From: Macrostomum hystrix | Lineage: Eukaryota > Animalia > Platyhelminthes | Assembly: GCA_950097015.1 (NCBI GenBank) | Contig: CATNEN010000038.1 | Coordinates: 7,502,001 to 7,566,000 of the forward strand | Length of the DNA: 64,000 nt | Direction: 5' to 3' | Shown: positions 50,127 through 62,035 of the stretch, in pieces | How positions within the stretch are numbered: position 1 is the first letter of the stretch | Layout of the letters: each line of letters starts with the position of its first letter | Translations under genes and position numbers: made by a program | Notes under the pieces: generated by a model | Database searches by the model: none | What the model was told of the DNA's origin: nothing | Seen by the model: only the letters and a program-made list of their open reading frames with translations

Positions 50127-50743
50127 TCTAATATACTAAAAATGAAAATCTTGCTTGCTTGTATGTTTGCAATCGACTAGCTCCCGAACGGCTCAACCGA
50201 TTTTCACCATTTCTTCACCAAAAGATGCCAAATATGGGGACAATTTTACACGTATTTTTATTAAGCTAGACTTTATTGCTATGGGGATTAAATATTCGAA
50301 AAACATGTTTTTTGACCATTTCAAAGGTCAAACTATCTTGGCCTATTGAGAATTTTATTCACTGACTGCCACTGAATTAGAATTGCATCGTCAAATTGCG
50401 CAACAACCCCTAGCTGATTGAATTTAAAGCCTGCACTCTGGAGACAAATTGGAAATAAATGTACACAACCAACCGCGAGACTGAGTGTACTCTATTTTCT
50501 CACTTCATTGTACAAAGCCAGAACTTTGAGAATTCATTTTATAAGGCTGATTTTTGCACCCACTAACCAACAGTCGGAATAGCCGATGTGTAGGCACTAG
50601 GAATAGGTTATAGGCTAGGCTAGGGTTCGATTCTGCACTGCGTCAAATCATTTTAGACTAATTTTCAGCAAGTAGTGATTGAAGACTATTTTAATTTATT
50701 TTTTTCATTTCGTAAATAAAATATCATAAATCATAGCACACCT

Positions 50744-53700
50744 GAGTTTGAATCATTGCAAAAATAGAGTTTGAATCATGGCTAAACCAGAGTTTGAATC
50801 ATGGCTAAACCAGAGTCTGAATCATGGCTAAACCAGAGTCTGAATCATGGCAAAACTGGAGTCTGAATCATGGCTAAACCATAGTCTGAATCATGCCTAA
50901 AATAGAGTCTGAATCATGGCTAAACCATAGTCTGAATCATGGCTAAACCAGCGTCTGAATCATGGCTAAACCAGAGCTTGAATCATGGCTAAACCAGAGT
51001 CTGAATCATGGCTAAACTGGAGTCTGAATCATGGCTAAACCAGGGTCTGAATCATGGCAAAACTGGAGTTTGAATCATGGCTAAAATAGAGTCTGAATCA
51101 TGGCTAAACCAGAGTCTGAATCGTGGCTAAACTAGAGTCTGAATCATGGCTAAAATAGAGTTTGAATCATGGCTAAACCAGAGTCTGAATCATGGCTAAA
51201 CTAGAGTTTGAATCATGGCTAAACCAGAGTCTGAATCATGGCTAAACTAGAGTCTGAATCATGGCAAAACCAGAGTTCCAATCATGGCTAAACCAGCGTC
51301 CGAATCATGGCTAAACCAGCGTCTGAATCATGGCTAAACCAGAGTTTGAATCATGGCTAAACCAGAGTTTCAATCATGGCTAAACCAGCGTCTGAATCAT
51401 GGCTAAACCAGCGTCTGAATCATGGCTAAACCAGAGTTTGAATCATGGCTAAACCAGAGTTTCAATCATGGCTAAACCAGCGTCTGAATCATGGCTAAAC
51501 CAGAGTTTGAATCATGGCTAAACCAGAGTCTGAATCATGGCTAAACCAGAGTTTGAATATTGGCTACACCAGAGTTTGAATCATGGCTAAACCAGCGTCT
51601 GAATCATGGCTAAACCAGAGTTTGAATCATGGCTAAACCAGAAACTAAATCATGGCTAAACCATCATCATCAGCATGGCTAAACTAGAGTTTGAATCATG
51701 GCTAAACCATCATCATCAGCATGGCTAAACTAGAGTTTGAATCATGGCTAAACCAGAGTTTGAATATTGGCTACACCAGAGTTTGAATCATGGCTAAACC
51801 AGAGTCTGAATCATGGCTAAACCAGAGTTTGAATCATGGCTAAACCAGAGTTTGAATCATGGCTAAACCAGACTTTGAATCATAGCCAACCAGAGTTTGA
51901 ATCATGGCTAAACCAGAGTCTGAATCATGGCTAAACTAGTGTCTGAATCATGGCTAAACCAGAGTCTGAATCATGGCTAAACTAGAGTCTGAATCATGGC
52001 TAAACTAGAGTCTGAATCATGGCTAAACCATAGTCTGAATCATGGCTAAACCATAGTCTGAATCATGGCTAAACCAGAGTCTGAATCATGGCTAAACCAG
52101 AGTCTGAATCATGGCTAAACCAGAGTTTGAATCATGGCTAAACCAGCGTCTGAATCATGGCAAAACCAGAGTTTGAATCATGGCTAAACCAGCGTCTGAA
52201 TCATGGCTAAACCAGCGTCTGAATCATGGCTAAACTAGAGTTTGAATCATGGCTAAACCAGAGTTTCAATCATGGCTAAACCAGCGTCTGAATCATGGCT
52301 AAACCAGCGTCTGAATCATGGCTAAACCAGAGTTTGAATCATGGCTAAACCAGAGTTTGAATATTGGCTACACCAGAGTTTGAATCATGGCTAAACCAGA
52401 GTTTGAATATTGGCTACACCAGAGTTTGAATCATGGCTAACCCAGAGTCTGAATCATGGCTAAATTTGAATCTGAATCATGGCTAAACCAGAGTTTGAAT
52501 CATTGCAAAAACAGCGTCTGAATCATGGTAAAACGAGAGTTTGAATCATAGCCCACCAGGGTTTAAAACATGGCGAAACCTGGGTTTGAATCATGGCTAA
52601 CCTAGCGTTTGAAAAATCAACGTCAACTGGGGAGTCATCATCAAAATGGGGATCAAGGTAAACCAGAGTTTGAATCATGGCTAAACCAGAGTTTGAATCA
52701 TGGCTAAACCAGAGTCTGAATCATGGCTAAACCAGAGTCTGAATCATGGCTAAACCAGAGTCTGAATCATGGCTAAACCAGAGTTTGAATCATGGCTAAC
52801 CCAGAGTTTGAATCATGGCTAAACCAGAGTTTGAATCATGGCTAACCCAGACTTTGAATCATGGCTAAACCAGAGTTTCAATCATGGCTAAACCAGCGTC
52901 TGAATCATGGCTAAACCAGAGTTTGAATATTGGCTACACCAGAGTTTGAATCATGGCTAAACCAGCGTCTGAATCTGAATCATGGCTAAACCAGCGTCTG
53001 AATCATGGCTAAACCAGAGTCTGAATCATGGCTAAACCAGAGTCTGAATCGTGGCTAAACTAGAGTCTGAATCATGGCTAAAATAGAGTTTGAATCATGG
53101 CTAAACCAGAGTCTGAATCATGGCTAAACTAGAGTTTGAATCATGGCTAAACCAGAGTCTGAATCATGGCTAAACTAGAGTCTGAATCATGGCAAAACCA
53201 GAGTTCCAATCATGGCTAAACCAGCGTCCGAATCATGGCTAAACCAGCGTCTGAATCATGGCTAAACCAGAGTTTGAATCATGGCTAAACCAGAGTTTCA
53301 ATCATGGCTAAACCAGCGTCTGAATCATGGCTAAACCAGCGTCTGAATCATGGCTAAACCAGAGTTTGAATCATGGCTAAACCAGAGTTTCAATCATGGC
53401 TAAACCAGCGTCTGAATCATGGCTAAACCAGAGTTTGAATCATGGCTAAACCAGAGTCTGAATCATGGCTAAACCAGAGTTTGAATATTGGCTACACCAG
53501 AGTTTGAATCATGGCTAAACCAGCGTCTGAATCATGGCTAAACCAGAGTTTGAATCATGGCTAAACCAGAGACTAAATCATGGCTAAACCATCATCATCA
53601 GCATGGCTAAACTAGAGTTTGAATCATGGCTAAACCATCATCATCAGCATGGCTAAACTAGAGTTTGAATCATGGCTAAACCAGAGTTTGAATATTGGCT

Positions 53701-56700
53701 ACACCAGAGTTTGAATCATGGCTAAACCAGAGTCTGAATCATGGCTAAACCAGAGTTTGAATCATGGCTAAACCAGAGTTTGAATCATGGCTAAACCAGA
53801 CTTTGAATCATAGCCAACCAGAGTTTGAATCATGGCTAAACCAGAGTCTGAATCATGGCTAAACTAGTGTCTGAATCATGGCTAAACCAGAGTCTGAATC
53901 ATGGCTAAACTAGAGTCTGAATCATGGCTAAACTAGAGTCTGAATCATGGCTAAACCATAGTCTGAATCATGGCTAAACCATAGTCTGAATCATGGCTAA
54001 ACCAGAGTCTGAATCATGGCTAAACCAGAGTCTGAATCATGGCTAAACCAGAGTTTGAATCATGGCTAAACCAGCGTCTGAATCATGGCAAAACCAGAGT
54101 TTGAATCATGGCTAAACCAGCGTCTGAATCATGGCTAAACCAGCGTCTGAATCATGGCTAAACTAGAGTTTGAATCATGGCTAAACCAGAGTTTCAATCA
54201 TGGCTAAACCAGCGTCTGAATCATGGCTAAACCAGCGTCTGAATCATGGCTAAACCAGAGTTTGAATCATGGCTAAACCAGAGTTTGAATATTGGCTACA
54301 CCAGAGTTTGAATCATGGCTAAACCAGAGTTTGAATATTGGCTACACCAGAGTTTGAATCATGGCTAACCCAGAGTCTGAATCATGGCTAAATTTGAATC
54401 TGAATCATGGCTAAACCAGAGTTTGAATCATTGCAAAAACAGCGTCTGAATCATGGTAAAACGAGAGTTTGAATCATAGCCCACCAGGGTTTAAAACATG
54501 GCGAAACCTGGGTTTGAATCATGGCTAACCTAGCGTTTGAAAAATCAACGTCAACTGGGGAGTCATCATCAAAATGGGGATCAAGGTAAACCAGAGTTTG
54601 AATCATGGCTAAACCAGAGTTTGAATCATGGCTAAACCAGAGTCTGAATCATGGCTAAACCAGAGTCTGAATCATGGCTAAACCAGAGTCTGAATCATGG
54701 CTAAACCAGAGTTTGAATCATGGCTAACCCAGAGTTTGAATCATGGCTAAACCAGAGTTTGAATCATGGCTAACCCAGACTTTGAATCATGGCTAAACCA
54801 GAGTTTCAATCATGGCTAAACCAGCGTCTGAATCATGGCTAAACCAGAGTTTGAATATTGGCTACACCAGAGTTTGAATCATGGCTAAACCAGCGTCTGA
54901 ATCTGAATCATGGCTAAACCAGCGTCTGAATCATGGCTAAACCAGCGTCTGAATCATGGCTAAACCAGAGTTTGAATCATGGCTAAACCAGAGTCTGAAT
55001 CATGGCTAAACCAGAGTTTGAATATTGGCTACACCAGAGTTTGAATCATGGCTAAACCAGCGTCTGAATCATGGCTAAACCAGAGTTTGAATCATGGCTA
55101 AACCAGAGACTAAATCATGGCTAAACCATCATCATCAGCATGGCTAAACTAGAGTTTGAATCATGGCTAAACCATCATCATCAGCATGGCTAAACTAGAG
55201 TTTGAATCATGGCTAAACCAGAGTTTGAATATTGGCTACACCAGAGTTTGAATCATGGCTAAACCAGAGTCTGAATCATGGCTAAACCAGAGTTTGAATC
55301 ATGGCTAAACCAGAGTTTGAATCATGGCTAAACCAGAGTCTGAATCATGGCTAAACTAGTGTCTGAATCATGGCTAAACCAGACTTTGAATCATAGCCAA
55401 CCAGAGTTTGAATCATGGCTAAACCAGAGTCTGAATCATGGCTAAACTAGTGTCTGAATCATGGCTAAACCAGAGTCTGAATCATGGCTAAACTAGAGTC
55501 TGAATCATGGCTAAACTAGAGTCTGAATCATGGCTAAACCATAGTCTGAATCATGGCTAAACCATAGTCTGAATCATGGCTAAACCAGAGTCTGAATCAT
55601 GGCTAAACCAGAGTCTGAATCATGGCTAAACCAGAGTTTGAATCATGGCTAAACCAGCGTCTGAGTCATGGCAAAACCAGAGTTTGAATCATGGCTAAAC
55701 CAGCGTCTGAATCATGGCTAAACCAGCGTCTGAATCATGGCTAAACTAGAGTTTGAATCATGGCTAAACCAGAGTTTCAATCATGGCTAAACCAGCGTCT
55801 GAATCATGGCTAAACCAGCGTCTGAATCATGGCTAAACCAGAGTTTGAATCATGGCTAAACCAGAGTTTGAATATTGGCTACACCAGAGTTTGAATCATG
55901 GCTAAACCAGAGTTTGAATATTGGCTACACCAGAGTTTGAATCATGGCTAACCCAGAGTCTGAATCATGGCTAAATTTGAATCTGAATCATGGCTAAACC
56001 AGAGTTTGAATCATTGCAAAAACAGCGTCTGAATCATGGTAAAACGAGAGTTTGAATCATAGCCCACCAGGGTTTAAAACATGGCGAAACCTGGGTTTGA
56101 ATCATGGCTAACCTAGCGTTTGAAAAATCAACGTCAACTGGGGAGTCATCATCAAAATGGGGATCAAGGTAAACCAGAGTTTGAATCATGGCTAAACCAG
56201 AGTTTGAATCATGGCTAAACCAGAGTCTGAATCATGGCTAAACCAGAGTCTGAATCATGGCTAAACCAGAGTCTGAATCATGGCTAAACCAGAGTTTGAA
56301 TCATGGCTAACCCAGAGTTTGAATCATGGCTAAACCAGAGTTTGAATCATGGCTAACCCAGACTTTGAATCATGGCTAAACCAGAGTTTCAATCATGGCT
56401 AAACCAGCGTCTGAATCATGGCTAAACCAGAGTTTGAATATTGGCTACACCAGAGTTTGAATCATGGCTAAACCAGCGTCTGAATCTGAATCATGGCTAA
56501 ACCAGCGTCTGAATCATGGCTAAATCAGAGTCTGAATCATGGCTAAACCAGGGTCTGAATCATGGCTAAAACAGAGTTTAAATCATGGCTAAACCAGAGT
56601 CTGAATCATGGCTAAACCAGAGTTTGAATCATGGCTAAACCAGGGTCTGAATCATGGCTAAACCAGAGTCTGAATCATGGCTAAACCAGAGTCTGAATCA

Positions 56701-58383
56701 TGGCTAAACCAGAGTCTGAATCATGGCTAAACCAGAGTCTGAATCATGGCAAAACCAGAGTCTGAATCATGGCTAAAACAGAGTTTAAATCATAGCTAAA
56801 CCAGCGTCTGAATCATGGCTAAACCAGAGTTTGAATCATGGCTAAACCAGAGTTAAAATCATGACTAAACCAGAGTTAAAATCATGGCTAAACCAGAGTC
56901 TGAATCATGGCTAAACCAGAGTCTGAATCATGGCTAAACCAGAGTCCGAATCATGGCTAAACCAGAGTTTGAATCATGGCTAAACCAGGGTCTGAATCAT
57001 GGCTAAACCAGAGTCTGAATCATGGCTAAACCAGAGTCTGAATCATGGCTAAACCAGCGTCTGAATCATGGCTAAACCAGCGTCTGAATCATGGCTAAAC
57101 CAGAGTTTGAATCATGGCTAAACCAGAGTTTGAATATTGGCTACACCAGAGTTTGAATCATGGCTAAACCAGAGTTTGAATATTGGCTACACCAGAGTTT
57201 GAATCATGGCTAACCCAGAGTCTGAATCATGGCTAAATTTGAATCTGAATCATGGCTAAACCAGAGTTTGAATCATTGCAAAAACAGCGTCTGAATCATG
57301 GTAAAACGAGAGTTTGAATCATAGCCCACCAGGGTTTAAAACATGGCGAAACCTGGGTTTGAATCATGGCTAACCTAGCGTTTGAAAAATCAACGTCAAC
57401 TGGGGAGTCATCATCAAAATGGGGATCAAGGTAAACCAGAGTTTGAATCATGGCTAAACCAGAGTTTGAATCATGGCTAAACCAGAGTCTGAATCATGGC
57501 TAAACCAGAGTCTGAATCATGGCTAAACCAGAGTCTGAATCATGGCTAAACCAGAGTTTGAATCATGGCTAACCCAGAGTTTGAATCATGGCTAAACCAG
57601 AGTTTGAATCATGGCTAACCCAGACTTTGAATCATGGCTAAACCAGAGTTTCAATCATGGCTAAACCAGCGTCTGAATCATGGCTAAACCAGAGTTTGAA
57701 TATTGGCTACACCAGAGTTTGAATCATGGCTAAACCAGCGTCTGAATCTGAATCATGGCTAAACCAGCGTCTGAATCATGGCTAAATCAGAGTCTGAATC
57801 ATGGCTAAACCAGGGTCTGAATCATGGCTAAAACAGAGTTTAAATCATGGCTAAACCAGAGTCTGAATCATGGCTAAACCAGAGTTTGAATCATGGCTAA
57901 ACCAGGGTCTGAATCATGGCTAAACCAGAGTCTGAATCATGGCTAAACCAGAGTCTGAATCATGGCTAAACCAGAGTCTGAATCATGGCTAAACCAGAGT
58001 CTGAATCATGGCAAAACCAGAGTCTGAATCATGGCTAAAACAGAGTTTAAATCATAGCTAAACCAGCGTCTGAATCATGGCTAAACCAGAGTTTGAATCA
58101 TGGCTAAACCAGAGTTAAAATCATGACTAAACCAGAGTTAAAATCATGGCTAAACCAGAGTCTGAATCATGGCTAAACCAGAGTCTGAATCATGGCTAAA
58201 CCAGAGTCCGAATCATGGCTAAACCAGAGTTTGAATCATGGCTAAACCAGGGTCTGAATCATGGCTAAACCAGAGTCTGAATCATGGCTAAACCAGAGTC
58301 TGAATCATGGCTAAACCAGCGTCTGAATCATGGCTAAACCATAGTATGAATCATGGCTAACCCAGAGTTTGAATCATGGCAAA
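50744..58383. repeat. 23-bp satellite (tgaatcatggctaaaccagagtY) with higher-order structure
   Basis: Roughly 300+ monomers estimated from length; a diagnostic interruption recurs at 52611, 54539, 56122 and 57384. Confidence 0.95.
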
Positions 58384-58539
58384 ATTTTTCTTTTGTCATT
58401 GAATTGAATTTTGAGTTTGTTATCTCATAACGTCATAATGATATATATTTGTATGATAAATATTTTGCCTAATAATCATTTAATTGTTGTTCTTCTCAAT
58501 TTTATACAAAAGAAGCTAATATAAAAATTAACTGGGAAA

Positions 58540-58778
58540 CATTGTCAACTGGGCATCATCATCAATAAGGAGTCCTCATCAAATGGGCGATCATTGTCAA
58601 CTGGGGGATCATTGTCAACTGTGGGATCATTGTCAACTGGGGGATCATTGTCAAATGGGGGATCATTGTCAACTGTGGGATCGTTGTCAACTGGGGGTTC
58701 ATTGTCAACTGGGGGTTCATTGTCAACTGGGGGATCATTGTCAACTGGGGGATCATTGTCAACTGGGGGTTCATTGTA
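58540..58778. repeat. 18-bp minisatellite (gggatcattgtcaactgg)
   Basis: Direct reading. Confidence 0.9.
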
Positions 58779-59404
58779 GCTTTAAAAAACTGTAAATTCA
58801 GCTGCTAAAAAGTATATACTAGACGAATTAAAAGTATTTCTGCTCCCCGAAGGGGGGCAAAACTTGCTAGTCCACTATACTAAAAATGAAATGGTTGGTT
58901 GCTTGCTTGCTTGCTTGTAATTGATTTTCTCCCGAACGGCTCAACCGATTTTCACCATTTCTTCACCAAAATATGCCAAATATGGGCAGAATTTTACACG
59001 TATTTTTATTAAGCTTAACTTTATTGCTAAGGGGATTAAAGATTCGAAAAACTGTTTTAGATAGGATTTTTAATGCATTACATCAGAGCCAGTTTTGTCA
59101 ACGTGCATACCACTGCCAATTTTAATGATTGCATCAGGGCCAGTTTCGTTAAAAGTGAGTACACGTATAAGAATTTCACTGTGTGAAATGTACATAGCTA
59201 TGTCAACCCCACTGGCGAGACAGTCAGTGCGAATTTATAAATAGATTACATCACAGCTTTTCTCACCCGTGTGTGTGTGTGTTTGATTTGAATAGGTAAA
59301 ATGTGCATAGCAGACTTCAATTCAACGATATATTGAGACATCTACTCCTTTCTTACTACAACATATAAATCATGAAATCTTTAACAAAATTTCAATCGAG
59401 AAAA

Positions 59405-60880
59405 GTGTCCAACAGTTTTTTAAATGTCCAACAGTTTTTTAAATGTCCTACAGTTTTCTACATGTGTTTACCAGTATTCTAAATGTGTTTACCAGTATTC
59501 TAAATGTGTTTACCAGTATTCTAAATGTGTTTACCAGTATTCTAAATGTGTTTACCAGTATTTTAAATGTGTTTACCAGTATTCTAAATGTGTTTACCAG
59601 TATTCTAAATGTGTTTACCAGTATTCTAAATGTGTTTACCAGTATTCTAAATGTGTTTACCAGTATTCTAAACGTGTTTACCAGTATTATAAATGTGTTT
59701 ACCAGTATTCTAAATGTGTTTACCAGTATTATAAATGTGTTTACCAGCACTCTAAATGTGTTTACCAGTTTTCTAATTGTGTTTACCAGCACTCTAAATG
59801 TGTTTACCAGTATTCTAAATGTGTTTACCAGTATTCTAAATGTGTTTACCAGTATTCTAAATGTGTTTACCAGTATTCTAAATGTGTTTACCAGTATTCT
59901 AAACGTGTTTACCAGTATTATAAATGTGTTTACCAGTATTCTAAATGTGTTTACCAGTATTATAAATGTGTTTACCAGCACTCTAAATGTGTTTACCAGT
60001 TTTCTAATTGTGTTTACCAGCACTCTAAATGTGTTTACCAGTTTTCTAATTGTGTTTACCTGTTTTATAAATGTGTTTACCAGTACTCTAAATGTGTTTA
60101 CCAGTACTCTAAATGTGTTTAACAGTTTTCTAATTGTGTATACCACTATTCTAAATGTGTTTAATAGTTTTCTAAATGTGTTTACCAGTATTATAAATGT
60201 GTTTACCAGTAGTCTTTATGTGTTTAACATTTTTCTAAATGTGTCTACCAGTTTTCTAAATGTTTTTACCAGTAGTCTAAATGTGTTTACCAGTATTATA
60301 AATGTGTTTACCAGTTTTCTAATTGTGTTTACCAGTTTTCTAAATGTGTTTACCTGTTTTCAAAATGTGTTTACCAGTATTTTAAATGTGTTTAACATTT
60401 TTCTAAAAGTCTTCAACTGTTTTCTAAAAGTGTTTAACCGTTTTCTAAATGTATTTATCAGTTTTCTAAATGTATTTATCAGTTTTCAAAATGTGTTTAC
60501 CAGTATTCTAAATGTGTTTAACATTTTTCTAAAAGTCTTCAACTGTTTTCTAAAAGTGTTTAACCGTTTTCTAAATGTATTTATCAGTTTTCTAAATATA
60601 TTTATCAGTTTTCAAAATGTGTTTACCAGTTATTCTAAATGTGTTTAACATTTTTCTAAATGTGTTTACCAGTTTTCTAAATGTGTTTACCAGTTTTATA
60701 AATGTGTTTACCAGTTTTCTAAATGTGTTTATCAGTTTTCTAAAAGTGTTTACGAGTATTCTAAATGTGTTTACCAGTTTTTTAAAGTGTTTAACGGGTT
60801 TCTAAATGTGTTTAACAGTTTTCTAAATGTCTTTAACAGTTTTCTAAATGTGTCCAGTAATTACCGCTTTTCTAAATGCG
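59405..60880. repeat. 21-bp minisatellite (aaatgtgtttaccagtattct)
   Basis: Direct reading; source of the spurious 232-401 aa ORFs. Confidence 0.95.
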
Positions 60881-60929
60881 TCTAAAAGTTTTTAAATTCG
60901 TTTATTGGTTAAAAATGGTTATTTGCTGC

Positions 60930-62035
60930 TGGTGGGGTTAGTTCTCTGCTGCAGGGGGGGGATTAGTTCTCTGCTGCAGGGGGGGGATTAGTTCTCTGCT
61001 GCAGGGGGGGAATTAGTTCTCTGCTGCTGGGGGGAATTAGGGGGGGAATTTGTTCTCTGCTGCTGAGGGGAATTAGGGGGGAATTAGTTCTCTGCTGCTG
61101 AGGGGAATTAGGGGGGAATTAGTTCTCTGCTGCTGAGGGGAATTAGGGGATAATTAGTTCTCTGCTGCTGGGGGGGAATTAGGGGGGAATTACTGCTGGG
61201 GGGAATTAGTTCTCTGCTGCTGAGGGGAATTAAGGGGGAATTAGTTCTCTGCTGCTGGGGGGAATTAGTTCTCTGCTGCTGTGGGGAATTAGTTCTCTAC
61301 TGCTGCGGGGAATTAGTTCTCTGCTGCTGGGGGGAATTAGTTCTCTGCTGCTGGGGGGAATTAGGGGGGAATTACTGCTGGGGGGAATTAGTTCTCTGCT
61401 GCTGAGGGGAATTAAGGGGGAATTAGCTCTCTGCTGCTGGGGAGAATTAGTTCTCTGCTGCTGGGGGGAATTAGGGGGAATTAGTTCTCTGCTGCTGGGG
61501 GGAATTAGTTCTCTGCTGCTGGGGGGGAATTAGGGGGGAATTACTGCTGGGGGGAATTAGTTCTCTGCTGCTGGGGGGAATTAGGGGGAATTAGTTCTCT
61601 GCTGCTGGGGGGAATTAGTTCTCTGCTGCTGGGGGGGAATTAGGGGGGAATTACTGCTGGGGGGAATTAGTTCTCTGCTGCTGAGGGGAATTAAGGGGGA
61701 ATTAGTTCTCTGCTGCTGGGGGGAATTAGTTCTCTGCTGCTGGGGGGAATTAGGGGGAATTAGTTTTCTGCTGCTGGGGAGAATTAGTTCTCTGCTGCTG
61801 GGGGGAATTAGGGGGAATTAGTTCTCTGCTGCTGGGGGGGAATTAGTTCTCTGCTGCTGTGGGGAATTAGTTCTCTACTGCTGCGGGGAATTAGTTCTCT
61901 GCTGCTGGGGGGAATTAGGGGGGAATTAGTTCTCTGCTGCAGGGGGGAAATTAGTTCTCTGCTGCTGGGGGGAATTAGGGGGGAATTAGTTCTTTGCTGC
62001 AGGGGGGAAATTAGTTCTCTGCTGCTGAGGGGGGG
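60930..62035. repeat. G-rich ~23-bp minisatellite (gggggaattagttctctgctgct)
   Basis: Direct reading; runs of 4-7 G on one strand. Confidence 0.93.

Larger units (their letters stand above)
50127..58870 (+). mobile_element. Long non-autonomous Helitron carrying a 7.6-kb satellite
   Basis: Same 5' end; 3' hairpin gctccccgaaggggggc + aaaacttgCTAG at 58870. Confidence 0.88.

Noticed and set aside
59424-60805. Long ORFs of 232-401 aa
   Set aside because: Stop-free translations of a 21-bp satellite in several frames and on both strands.
60930-62035. Telomeric repeat
   Set aside because: TTAGGG occurs only as part of a longer unit inside a Helitron, not as (TTAGGG)n.
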